From the NCBI GenBank assembly GCA_034780895.1, contig JAUZTB010000075.1:16075091-16139090 (forward strand): 64,000 nt of DNA. Direction: 5' to 3'. The position numbers were made by a program, and so were the translations under genes. The notes under the pieces were generated by a model. That model saw only the letters and a list, made by a program, of their open reading frames with translations. It was not told the DNA's origin and did no database searches. Each line of letters starts with the position of its first letter. Positions within the stretch are counted from its first letter, which is position 1. This stretch comes from Rhynchobatus australiae. Its lineage: Eukaryota. This document shows, piece after piece, positions 37,006 to 49,981 of this stretch.

Positions 37006-38129
37006 AAATATCTTCAACCTGAATCATTAACCCTGTCTCTCTCTCTCTCTCCACACACTGTCCGACCTGCTGAGTGTTTCCAGCATTTTCTATTTTATCT
37101 CGGATTTCCAACATTTTTAGTTCTTCGATTTTCATTTATTGGTAATTCTTTGCCATTTTGCTTCCAAATCCATCTTTCCTGGGATAACACAACCACTGGT
37201 ACATACAGTATTACAGATGCAGCTGTACTGAAACCCTGTACACATGGTGATAAACTTCCTTACTTCTGTACTCCAGCTCCATGCAGCAGAGTTCAACAAG
37301 ACATTTCACTTATTACATGCTGTACCTGCACAACTATTTTAATGTTAGTATTCAAAAGGCACCCTCATCTGTGAACATCAACACTTAATGGTCGTGCTCT
37401 TTTTCAAAATACTGAATGCCATTTGTATCCAAAAAGGAGACACAAGACACATCAAGTGCTGGAATCTGGAGCAATCCCAGCAGATTATAGGTTGCATGAT
37501 AAATTGCAGTATGGTCACAACCTGTTGATATTTCTCTCTCTGCTTTTAGCTGCATGCTACATATATAAGTGAACCTAAAGATAAGCAAGGCGGTCACATC
37601 ATACGCAAGAAGGCATTGACTTGTGAGCGTCAGCTTACACACAAGCTTTGACTGGCTCTGGAACCTACACCCCAGCTGTTCAAGCAACTGAACTGAACCT
37701 CTGCTAATGTTGTCACATTTATCTCATGATACTAAACCAGGATTGGGGAAACTTTCATTCCATTGATAGCTTACAGAGGGCAAGCTCTTTCACAAGCACC
37801 TAGCACTTGCTTTTTCATATCACGTACATTTTGTTCCTTTTGGGAGAGTGAAAATAACAATATTAAGATGGGATGGCACTCACTAAGTTGCGGCCACTTT
37901 AAATATTGTCCATGTACAAAAGGCAAGAGGGTACTTAATGGATGGGTACTGATCAACTCTCCTGCACTTGGAGAATGGAAACAAACACAATTAGTAAAAT
38001 CCTTACCACATTTTCCTGAATGAACCCTTCCTTCTGCACAAACACGGGATTGTTCTATTCATGCCAATTAATTTTACCTGAATAGACAGGAGGGGACAAA
38101 CATCGAAACAGAAAAGTATTACAGAATTC

Positions 38130-40210
38130 AAGAGGTGGGCACCTCTGGGCAGCAACCACCAGGAAAGTCAAAAAAAAGAGGTTCTAGAAGTTTTGCTGTG
38201 TCCGCAAAGAATGACTTCAGAGGAATCCAAGTGAAAATTGAACAATTGGAGAGATGGTACAGAAGGGAGGGTTTTAGACTTCTGAGACTTTGGGGCTATT
38301 TCAGGGGAAATATAGGAGTAGGAGGGATTACACTGAAACCAAAATCCTCCTGGGATCTGTCATTTTTTTTAAAAAGAGCTTGGCAGGGAGGAAGAAGAAC
38401 TGGGAATTTGAAGTATTGCAGGCAAAATAAATAGGCAGTGGAAACAAAGACAATAAATCAGGTCAGAACATGAATAATTATTAAAAGGCCAAATATAAAG
38501 GCACTATGTCTAAACACACTGCACTAAAACAAGGTGGTCCATTCATGTCATAGTTGCAAATGGAAAGAAACTAATTGTTGTTCCAGAAACCTAGCCAAAC
38601 TTAAAAATCCAGAGTATTTGACATTCAAATACAATGAAAAATGGAGAAAAAAAATGCAGTTCACTGTTCATTAGGCATAACATCTGTAGAGTATTTAGAA
38701 ATGATCTTGGATGAGCAGATTCTGGTCTAGAATTGGAATTAGTTTAGGTGGGGCTCAATTACAGCAGGGGACAGGAAACATTGGTGAAAATTGTTTAAAA
38801 TGCTTGTAATGTTGGACACAGTAGAATGGAATTAGAGATACAAGTGCTTTAATCTGATGAGGAAATAAAAATGTATTAGTATATAGAAAAATACTAGAGA
38901 AGTTAACAAGCCTGAAAACTGATACACCTCAAGGACCTAATTATCTGTATCTGTTTTGAAAGAGCTGCCTGAAAGTGTGCTGGCTGCTTTGGTTACATCT
39001 CACAAAATTCCACACAATCTGAAGTTGTTCCGACAGATTAGAGGGGAGAAAACATAACCTCTCAATTTAAGGGAAGAAAGATGTGGAAGTACTGACCAGT
39101 TTGCCCAACATCAGTAATGAGGAAGATACTGGTATTTGGAATTAAGAATGCAGTATCACTTGGCCAATACAGTGGTGCACCTGGTACAGCTGCTGTCTCA
39201 CAGTGGTAGAGACCAGGTTCAATCCCGACCTCAGATACAGCTGAATGGAATTTACACGTTCTCTGTAACTGTGTGGGTTGGTAGGGTATTTGCCCAGTGT
39301 AAATTGTCCTTCGTTTAGGTGAGTGGCAGAGTCTGGGTGGGAGTATTGTCAAAAATATCAGGAGAATATTAAAACATGAGATTAATGTAGAATTAGTGTA
39401 CAGTTGGCACAGACTGAGGGGTCTGGTGGGACCACAGCTGGACCATGTACAATTTGGGTCATCATATTGAAAGCCTGGTATACGCTGTAGAGGTTTCCCA
39501 GACAGGCTCCTGGCATGATGGCACGTCATTAAAGGAATGATCGAGTAGGCCAGGCTTCGAGTTTAGAATGAGATGCGCCCTCACTGACATGCACAAAATA
39601 AGAGGGCTCAACAGGGTAAAAGCAGGTGTTTCTCTTGGGTAAGGAATTGAGAGGTAGTGGACACAGAGTCAAAACAGAGGGTTAGGCCATTTTGGGTGGA
39701 AAAATGTTTCCTCTAAGGATAGTGATTCTTTAAAATTCTCCACACAAGGCTCGATCTTGAACATAATCAATTAATAGGTTTCCAGATCATCTCCAATGAC
39801 TCCTGGCAACCTCTGGCCTGTGATTACTCCAAGTGGAAATTAGAAGATTCAGGTTGATTGAGAATCTCAAGATCATACATCAGGACCAGTTAGAAGCTGT
39901 GTGCTCTTGTGGTGGAAGGAGCACATTACTTCACAAACTATCCACTTCCAGTCCCCTACTCTGTCTGGTGTCTCTTGCCCCATCGATGCACAGACTGCAG
40001 TTCCCACATTGGCCTTATGAGCCACCTCAGAATCCACAAAATTCAGTCAAAGCAAGCCATTCGCAATCCTGACGGACTGCCAATGAAGGAGGGCATGGCA
40101 TACTTGGAGGATATACAGATCAGGTAGGAAAATAGTGTTTGAGATAGAAAGACAGGCCATAATCATTGAATGAAGCAGGCTCAAACAGCCAAATGGCCTG
40201 CTCCTGTTTC
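38130..40210 (+). mobile_element. Heavily decayed CR1 LINE with nested SINE and other repeat fragments
   Basis: LERWYRREGFRLL (ORF1 esterase-like end), degenerate ORF2, SINE at about 39170-39420. Confidence 0.6.
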
Positions 40211-40249
40211 TACTTATCTTCATATGTCATACACCTTCAGGGAACAGCA

Positions 40250-43200
40250 ACTTCTGTGGAAGCATTTTATTTTTAAAATCAGTAAAGATAGAAAACAGAA
40301 ACTAATATATTCACAAGTGAATTTGTATCAAAGGACAGGTCTTTAAAAAAAACGTGCAACAAGCATACAGTAATAAAATAGAATCAAAAGCATCTTAAGA
40401 GATAGGCACACCATATAAACAATGTTATGAATTTTACAAGGTCTCAGAGGCTGCTGCACTAATTTCACCCAAGTCAGAATAATTGTCAAAAGACCTGAGC
40501 AGTGGTTTTCATTCACAAGTCATTCTAAACTCTTAATTGGGGTGGTATTAATGATTGGTTTGTATTAACAGGTAGATTTTTTTTGATGGAGGCATCCTTT
40601 TTTGTTGCAAAAAAAAGAGAAAAGGACCCTTTGTCTTGTCTTAGTACTACCATATCAACACTAACTCAGACACACAAAAGTTATCCCCCTACTTCAAAAC
40701 CAGTTTTTGTAACAACTCTAGAAATCTAGGCACATTGACTGGCAGGTCATGGGTATAAAAATAGACAATTTACACACCCAACTTGGCTGTATAACTGAAA
40801 TCAGGTCAAAGTTTTAAAGCCAATTAAAAAAAGAGTTTTGAAGGAAGAACAGTACCAAGAATTAAGGGAGTTTTAAAATTAAATCCACTACTCAGTCAGG
40901 AAAGAGAAATTGCCACCCCACACCAAGTTCGACCCAATATTCTCCATAAGTGTCAACTTATCAAATAGAATGAAACTACTTGCATAACTTAATGTCACTG
41001 CATTGTTTGCACCCAACTTTACTGCAGAATGAGTTGCAAGCCCTCTGGATATCTGTGTTCCTATCCATCTTTACCTTTGATAAACTCTGCTCCTTGGGAG
41101 AAACTCATACTAGAAATCTGAACATCATTTATTCAGTGGGTTCCATAGCATTCAATCTCAGCACTGGCATGCACTGCATTTTTTTTAAATTGGAAGACCC
41201 AAGCATATCAGAGGTGCAATCAAAAAAGTTCAACATTATTTGGTCTCACACATCTCAACTGTGCCATTTCATCCTTCCAGGAGATTTAGCAACAAAACTT
41301 AGCCTTATGCATGTGGGTTTCCGAACACACATCTTAGTTTAAAAACTGCTATCTCATACGGCACCATCTCAAAATGCTAAACATGTGACATGATAATTAT
41401 TCTCTCATTTTCAGATGAGAAGGTATCAAGATTACTTCTGTGAACATATCAGATCACCACAGGCTCCCAGTGTAAAGGAAGGTACAGCAGTCTGATGAAC
41501 CCGCAAAAGAAACTTGCACCATCTCTCCAGAGAGAGCATCTTCCCAGACCACCTCCATTCACAGAGTCAGCTGCAAGGCAAATATACCACACAGCTCAGA
41601 CTCCCAGAGAATCCATTTCCTCCCTGCAACAGGCACATTAAAAAAAATTCGATTTTCCAATCCAAAACCCAGATTAGTACCATTTCTGGCATCTTGGATA
41701 CTGCCAACTTCAGTGACAAAATGTCAGGGTTGAGGGAGGTCATTGGTCACCTCACAAGTAAAATTTCACTGGAATCAAAACCAAATTCATAACCTGGATT
41801 TAATCATTTTAAGATAGGCCATTGTGGAAAAGTGAAGTTTCAATTCTTTAATCTTTTTACCGAGGTTGTAACGTTTCTAGAAATAAAATGAATGTGGAAA
41901 ACCATGCATGGCAAGAGTTAAACTGAACTGCAAAAATCTCCTGTTGATTTCTACTGACCCTGTCACTGGCCTCTCAGAGTGAGATTGCCCAATTAGTGCC
42001 AGTCATATTACAGGCAGTTTTGTGTTATGGACGTGTCCACTGGGAACTGACTTGACACCATCCCCCTACTCTCCACCTTACTCAGACTCCCCTTCACAAC
42101 TGTGAAGGGGCTCTCAGTCCACCAGTCTGAGCTGGATTGAAACCCAGGTTTGAGAAACTGAAAAGGTCAATGTTCTGCTTGTTCTACTCCACTGCACAAC
42201 TCAAAATGCCTTCCCTTTCGCGTTCTGCAGGTCAGACAAGGTCAGATATAGTGTCAGGCATGATTGACACCCAATTGTCTCGGACTCTGTTCAAATTATT
42301 TTCCCGGGATCAAGGTCAGGCTTTGTATTTTTTTTTACTTCAGACTTTTCAAAAAGGCAAAAACAGTCTGAGCAACAGTGAACACAGTTAAAATGTTTGA
42401 TATATGATTTTTTTCTTCTTCGAAAACTGTAAGACTAAAAAAGGTTTACAAATATCAAAAGTATTTAGAAACTCTGCAGATTAGTGTCACAAATTACACT
42501 TCTATATTGCAAGTTACAAGAGGACCACAACTAAGCAAAAATTTACTTCAGCTAACTAACTGAGCCACAAGACTTCCCTGGGGAATAAGCTCAAGTAGCT
42601 AAAAGCTAGGTGGTGACAGAGCACTGGTAAGTTATTAACCACTAAGAGTACTCAATGCTCCTTCGAAGACCTTTAAAATGCATTAATGTAGTTGTGCAGA
42701 TTAATTTTCTGTTACAAGAATGCAGCCAATGGATGCCACAATCAATTTTGTTTTGGGCATTTTCAGATTCTGGCTTCCAGTCTGTACATGGGAACTGTTT
42801 TCTGGGAGACAGATCTGGGGGGAGGGGTTGCAGAATGAGGTGAAGAGGAAGAAAAAGCAAATGGAAAGAGTAGCGACAAGAGACCAGTTTAGCACCACTC
42901 TCCCCATATCGGTTTCAGTGTAAAAAAATGTACAACCCAATGCTTCAGGTGAATAAATACAATTATAAAAGATTCCGCTTGCTACAGGAACATTCAACCT
43001 TTAATTACATGTGCAAAAACTTTAAAACATTTATCTGTAAAACCATCCTTTCCTTTCATTGTATCTCTAATCAGCTATCCAATGAGGTAATACAATGGCC
43101 TCTTGCAGTCATATCTACAGTAACTGGGGAGCGGAGCTGGACATGCCAACAGTGAAACTTTTATTGAGAAGCTTCCCAGAAGTTTTAAGTCTGAGTCGCC

Positions 43201-45747
43201 TGCATTTCGAACAAAAGCGACTCCTGAAGTCACATTCTCAGAGTACAACCAAAGAATTCACGGCAGAGATATCCCATGAATGCTTCCACCAGCCATTAAA
43301 GCACTCCTAACCACATCATTTCTTATTTAAACCATTCCAACAAGTCTCCTGCTTTTCCTGTCCCCACTCTACCATATCCAGGTAGTCTGTCTTTATATTG
43401 TTCATGACCTTCATTTTTCCTCTCCCCTACCCTCCTTTCTCAAAGAATTTAATGTGCTTGATGACAGAATCACTGACAGGAGCTCAGAAATAATTGCTGG
43501 CAGGAGATACAATGCCTGATTCACTCTCAAGCTTCTACTTACAGATTGGACAGGAATTTTGTAGGACGTGGATCAAGAACCCTAGTCAGTTTTAACCTCA
43601 GTTTAGTATCACTGCATAAGTTTAGCAGTGTATCTGCTGCAATTCGTCATCGTATTGTGGGACTTCATTAGATAGTACTGTCCTATACCTGGAAGCAACC
43701 TTCCCTCTAACCTAAACAGAAGCAGCTTCTCAGAAGCCAGCATAACCTACTGTTAATTTTAACTGAGGTTTTGTAAGCTGTGAGTACTCTTAGGGTTAAC
43801 AACATTACATGTCCAAGCACACCAGCAAAGAACATCTTCAATTAGCGTTACAGAAAATTCAGAGGCTTCAGAGAGCCAGGAGGTTACACCACCAGACAGC
43901 ACCACCATCATACGAACACCTCATTTGTTTCTCTTTAGTACATCTGGAAGTTAATTTTAAATTTTTACTAAAAGATCAATGAAGAAAAGTGTTTAATCAA
44001 TATAGATATTTGCTTCCCCCCTCCCGCTACTGTGGTATATATCGAGGTTAAAGCACATCACAAAGCATTCAACTTTCAGGTGGAACCAGGGTCCTCAAGA
44101 GTTTGTGGAATGGTAGCCCAGAGATGAGGTAGGGTAAATGCTCGGTGCAGTATTGATACCCAGGAGAAATGGTCCATATCCTTCGCTGCCTTGGTCCCAC
44201 TGGAAAAGAAAACACATGAAATAAATGAGGACGTGCTTCTTCTATCCAGGTGCAAGCTAAAGCATCCTTGGTATTCTGAGTAAAAGACATACATTTCAGT
44301 AAATGCAACTGCTTTCCACCTGTCAGTATTAAGCAAGAAAAACATGGCCACGTCAATGCTGCTCCATAGACATTAAGCTCAACCTCGCTGAACAGAAGCC
44401 CAAGTGCAATCAATCTTATTTTTAGCATGCAGCATTTTTTGACCATGGGAGATGAAGAACAGCAATGCAGTATGCTCCAGAGAGCACAAGATGGCAGATT
44501 CTGGCAATCCAACTCTAGGAGCATGAACAGTTCAGATATTTCTGCTCAAAAGTCCCCTTCCTCGTCTCTGCATACTCAAGTGTGACAACTACAGGTTAAC
44601 TCTACCAATGCCTTCACTTCTGGAAGGATACCAATGCCTTCAGTTTCATACTTTTTGATTCCAATCCTCAGTTTGGATACAACAGAAGCTGCAATGTCAC
44701 CCCATTAAACAGAAAACATTACCCAAGAAGCAGAGAAGAGTCTTCAAAAAGCTTTGCATCCAAATAAAGTCAAACACCCAATGCTGTACTTGCAACAGCA
44801 TCAGAACAAGTTGTTTCTAAAATTCAACTCAAATCAGAATATTCTCAAGGGACTATATGACCAATTCCGAAGTTCCTCACACTACTTGAATTCTCATAGG
44901 ATGCACATGAACTGTTGCCATAAACGGATGGCAGAAACCAGAAGAGTGAGTTAAAGTCAACTAATGACTAGCGCAAGTTGATGTCTGGAACTCCTTTTGC
45001 AACCATATAATCAATACATAAAATGGAGTTGCAGAAGGGGTAGGTTCACGTGCAGCATACATACTGGTATGGGCCTGCTCAGTTGAGCTGATTAGCCTGT
45101 TACCATGCTGTAAATACCATGCAAGCCAATGAAAACATTGTACCCAAGTACCAGTTGGAGAGACAATGGAGTCTTTCTGAATAGACTTTTGTTCAAAAAA
45201 GCTTTTGGAAACAAAATTNNNNNNNNNNNNNNNNNNNNNNNNNNNNNNNNNNNNNNNNNNNNNNNNNNNNNNNNNNNNNNNNNNNNNNNNNNNNNNNNNN
45301 NNNNNNNNNNNNNNNNNNNNNNNNNNNNNNNNNNNNNNNNNNNNNNNNNNNNNNNNNNNNNNNNNNNNNNNNNNNNNNNNNNNNNNNNNNNNNNNNNNNN
45401 NNNNNNNNNNNNNNNNNNNNNNNNNNNNNNNNNNNNNNNNNNNNNNNNNNNNNNNNNNNNNNNNNNNNNNNNNNNNNNNNNGCAACTGAAACCAAATCCA
45501 AAGGCAGCATGTAAAGAAATTAATGTCCTGCAGGTGTGGTAATTACTTGTAAATTGTATTTCCTGCCCATGTGTTGAAAGGCAAAAAAACAATTTGATAT
45601 ACCTTGACAAAAGTAACTTTTTAAATAAGTATAGTTCTCATTTTTTCCCCTAATACAAGGTCCCTGCACTCCAAAGGCACATTTATCACCACCTCCAAAC
45701 TACAGCACACATTGGCTCCCACTCCGAGTGTGCTGGAGCGTGTGTAC
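40250..45747 (-). other. GOLGA7: Probable GOLGA7 terminal 3'UTR exon
   Basis: Donor GAG|GTATGA 15 nt after the stop (49315). Strong acceptor cttgctgtttctgcctctctgttgctcag ending at 45748. The stretch is repeat-poor, with AATAAA on - at 43165-43160 and 40271-40266. Confidence 0.5.
40266..40271 (-). terminator. Candidate distal polyadenylation signal AATAAA
   Basis: tttatt on +, at the edge of the repeat-poor AT-rich block, next to LINE sequence. Confidence 0.4.
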
Positions 45748-46879
45748 CTGAGCAACAGAGAGGCAGAAACAGCAAGGCACGATCAGAGAGAAAAGCAATG
45801 AGATAGGAAGGCCTTCTGTCCTAAAAATAATCTCTCACCTCTGTGGGATGATGCTGAAGATGGCAAGAACTTTGCAACTGGTTTAGGAATAGAATGGTGA
45901 TGTTATACATTCTGCTTAGTTTATTAACTCTGTGATATGTGCAACTAACATTAAAAACCACTAGTGTGGTATTGGTTAATATGTTAACAGCATAATTAGA
46001 ACAGGTTTGCAAGTGATTTATCATTTGATAGGAAGGACTTGTCACATGACAGGAAGTTGTTTGATCATGCATATAAAAAGAGATTTTCCACTGACGGACA
46101 GAACTTCACCTTTGGACTCTAATTGTGAACAGTGCCTAGGGCTATGTAAAAAAAATATGCTGTCACATTTGCTGTTGCCAGGAGTCTAGAGCAGCAGCAG
46201 GAATGCAAGAGCACTTTTGCTTGAGAATTGTTTTTCTCCTGGATCAACTAAGTGGACTTCCCTGTTGAGTCAAGGTCACCGGTGGTATTAAGGGCTAGTG
46301 ACAGGTCTTACATTTGCTGTTGCGAGGGTAGGGCTACGAGAGATGTGTTTCCTTTAATAGGGCAAACTGTTTTCTCCTCGTTATAAATTGCTTAATAAAA
46401 TAATTCTCTCAAGCATATTGACTGGATCAGAATTATATTGTATTAAACCAGCATCTTGAAATAATATAAGTTACAGATTGATGGGGTGAAAAGTGACGTG
46501 TGGCTATTAGTCAAACTCACTTGAATAATGATACAGTAGCAGCAAATTTCTCACAACACACCACTGCACTGTCAAAGTAATGATGAGCAGGAATCAAGTA
46601 TTACAACGGAGAAATTGGCAGCTAAGAGACATAACTGGGAAGAGAAGGTGGTGAGTGAGAGTGAATAAGGGGAGAGCATACTGAATTCACAGCAAATGCC
46701 CAAGTTAGAGATGGAGTCTAGCACTGGCATCACTCGTCTTAACACTTAATCAAAAATAGAAGCAGAAATTACTAGATTCACTAAGTAATTACAGCTTCTA
46801 TGGAAGAAAAAGAGTTAATGTTTCAGAAAATGACCTTCAGCAAAACTAGGAAAAATTAGAAAGCAAATCAAGTTGCAGA

Positions 46880-47240
46880 GATGAGCAGCATAACGGCGCA
46901 GCAGGTAGAACATCTGCCTCACAACATCAAAAACCAGGTTCAATCCCATCTTCTGTCTTCAGGGACTGTGTGGAGTGTGCACATTCTCCCTGTGACCGTG
47001 TGGGTTTCTTCTTGGTGCTCCAGTACCCTCCCACATCCCAAAAGCCATAGCTGGCACGTTACTTGGATATTGTAAGTTGCCCCTGATCTGTAAGTGAGTG
47101 ATAGAATCTGGGGGGAGTTAATAAGAATATGCGGAGAATAAAAGAATGGCATTAATGTAGGATTGGTGTAAATGGGCCGCCATGCATTCAGTAGGCCAAA
47201 TGCCAATTTCCGTGTTGTATCATTACAACTCTGTGGTTTG
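46880..47240 (+). mobile_element. SINE in GOLGA7 3' intron
   Basis: caggttcaatccc B box and gtgtggagtgtgcacattctccctgtgaccgtgtggg core. Confidence 0.75.
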
Positions 47241-49330
47241 AAGAGGGAAGAGTAGAGGAAGTGCCAGGGAATGTCTGTGATGGGGTGGAGCTTGAAAGAA
47301 ATTGAACGATCAAAAGATGATGAAGATGTGCAAATCATAACAGATCTTTCTGGAGATGCAAATAAATGAAATGGACAAGAACAGGACAGGGAAACAAAAA
47401 CAATGCTGGAACTATGAGATACAACTGCAATGTCTAGTTGGAAACCTTAGAATGCTAAAAACACCAGCAGCTCAGACAACATCTGTGGAGAGAAAAACTG
47501 AGATAACAGTACTAGCCGATGACCTTTCACCAGAACTGGCCAACACTTACAAAATTGGAAGGATAGTTATAAATTATAGTGGAATAAGTGAAGGGCTGCA
47601 ATGTGCTTGGTCGGAAGATGACATGCTGTTCCCTCAAGCTTATGATGAACTTCAATGGTATTGCGTACAAAGCCAATGACAGAGTGGGAGTGGCACGGTG
47701 AATTAAAGTCACAGGTAACTGGAAGCTCAGGGTCATCCTTGCAGACTGAACAGAGAAGGAATTATGCAGCCTCTAAATTTCAGAAGTAACTATTCTGCAA
47801 AACAAGCTGCAGTTAGATTCCACAATGTAGATGAGACCACATAGCGAGCACTGGCTGCAAATAAACTAAATTTGGAAGTAACAATGAATTGCCGCTTTGG
47901 TTGGAAGAAGTGTTTGGGTCCATGATGGGAAGGAAATGGTAAAAGGGCGAGTGCTGCATTTGAGTGAGGAGCTCTACGAGAAGGGCAGCAGCCGTTAGAG
48001 ATAGAAGAATGAGCAACGGAGCAGTTCTTTCAGAAGGCTGAAAGGGGTTTTGGGGGGGGGGGGGGGGTGTGTGGGGAGGGGGGGGAAGAAAGACTGTCTG
48101 GTGGTGGCAACACGCTGAAAAGGGACTGAAATTANNNNNNNNNNNNNNNNNNNNNNNNNNNNNNNNNNNNNNNNNNNNNNNNNNNNNNNNNNNNNNNNNN
48201 NNNNNNNNNNNNNNNNNNNNNNNNNNNNNNNNNNGGCATCACGCTGAAAAGGGACTGAAATTATGAAGGATGGCATGTTGAATGTGGAGGTGTGTGGAGT
48301 GGAAATGAGGACAATAAGAACCCTATTCTTGCCAAAGGTTGGAAAAGGAGGCAGCGAGAGCAAAACATGCAGGAAATACCCAATTCTAATGAAATGTCAA
48401 CCTACAATATTAACTCAGTTTTCATCTCTCCACAGACGCTACCTGACCTGCTGGATATTTCCAGCATTCTTATTTCAGATCACCAGTTGCTGGCATTGTT
48501 CCAGTTGGGCTGCTGTTTTCTTCCCTATCTCTTTTCATCCTCAACCAACATTTCCTCCAGACAAATCATGTGATTCAGAGCTTTCACCACCTTCACCCAG
48601 CACTATCATCTTGTTTCTCAGTCACTCTGTCTCTGCTCTTCATTCTCCACCTCATCCTCTTCAACAACACATTTTTAGCTTTTCCTAGTTCTGAAAAATG
48701 TGAAATGTCAACCACTTCTCTCCCCACATGCTGCCCAACCTACTGAACATTTCCAGAAATTTGGTTTATGTCCAAAGGTCAGGATATGTGCATTCTAAAT
48801 CCCTGCTCACACAGATTTTGTACTGGGTAAATCTGCTGCTTTTGAAGTCAAAGTAAACACTATCGCAAAGTTAGCTTTTCAAATAAATTGCTTGCCTCCA
48901 ATTCTGAACAAATGTCACACTGGTATAAAACTGGTACGAGAAAACTGCTGGATTTTTGCTCATTTGTGCACTGCGGCTGCAAGTCATCTCCCAGCTGTGT
49001 TCCTGCGTCCACAAGAAGTCTGCCCGATGCCACAAGTTGTTCACTCTACTGCCTAGAGGCACTTGGGAAGAGAATTTACGCTATGTACTAGCTAAAATAA
49101 CTAAAATCATTCTTGGATGAAATCCTATTCATTCAACTGGAGCACAGCAACCTCAGTGCATCAAAATGCCCTTTCAGAATTACGTCTACAATGCATGGCA
49201 TTACAAGACACAATGGTGATAACAAAAGCTGACGGTTCTTCCACACATTTAATGAGAGCATTTCACTTTGCATTTCTGCTCAAGATGTGCTGTAACCAAT
49301 CCTGTAAATTCATACCTCACTCAATCCAGT

Positions 49331-49378
49331 TCACCTTCCACTACTAAAACTTCGATCTTCATAAATGGAGATCTCAAT
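49331..49378 (-). CDS. GOLGA7: GOLGA7 last coding exon (coding part, includes TGA)
   Basis: ATT GAG ATC TCC ATT TAT GAA GAT CGA AGT TTT AGT AGT GGA AGG TGA = IEISIYEDRSFSSGR*, matching the GOLGA7 C-terminus. Preceded by ttccttaacccaggcacctgcag. Confidence 0.96.
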   Translation of the reverse strand: MEISIYEDRSFSSGR

Positions 49379-49981
49379 CTGCAGGTGCCTGGGTTAAGGA
49401 AACAAATGGGTACTAGAAGCATTGCTGACATATTCAATGCGACAGATTTCCTTTGAGGTCATTTGCAAACAACTGGCATGTGAAACATAACAATTGTACT
49501 GATACAGTCCCTGAAAACATTTTTCATTTTGCATGAATTTTCTGTGAATTGGTAAACTGTGCCAACAACCCTGCCAACATTCAAAAAGATAATAGCCAGG
49601 ACAGTCCACAACTATACCTGCTTTACTGTCAGACCAAAACAAATACAGGGGAGGAATTAAATACTGTCACCATCGCTACAGAATTACCACAGGGTTAATT
49701 AATTGGCAAAAGGCTGATGAGTCCTCTGGACCTGATGGTTTGTGTGGATGCAGCAGTTGGAATCATGGGCCGCTTCCCAAACTGGGATCCACCTCCTTGC
49801 AAAGGAAGACATCGACAAAGACGGTGGTGAATTTCAGTTGACCAGTACAACCTCTGCTCAACCGAGGGAAAGGGTACTTTAAGATCAAGACCTCCGACTT
49901 GGCACAAAATTCTCAGTCTACCAGGCAGCAGTGATCCCTGCCCTCCTTTCACTTCCTACATCGACAGTAAGATTTCTTCAT

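Larger units (their letters stand above)
1450..38100 (+). pseudogene. Long decayed multi-module leucine-rich-repeat locus, fragmented by transposon insertions
   Basis: Manual + strand translation gives many LRR-like fragments: ITHADEGVFDHAQKIEH (2289), RLLNLSSQAFVHISELQ (~5675), SLESPLHTFRGLH (~6040), ITSLEFLSSNLL..SFTPGQHLKYLH (12375-12521), ELQVLNVTSNK (21815), NSITKLAEALFSALSS (24928), KNLHQIFFEGN (~30028). Cap-like motifs include ENPWWSYHCAKWF (4363), VHCDC (~5240) and NPISCD (30545). Stops and frameshifts are pervasive. Confidence 0.6.

Noticed and set aside
48052-48085. Poly-G tract as a functional G-quadruplex
   Set aside because: It lies within repeat-derived sequence next to a gap, with no sign of function.
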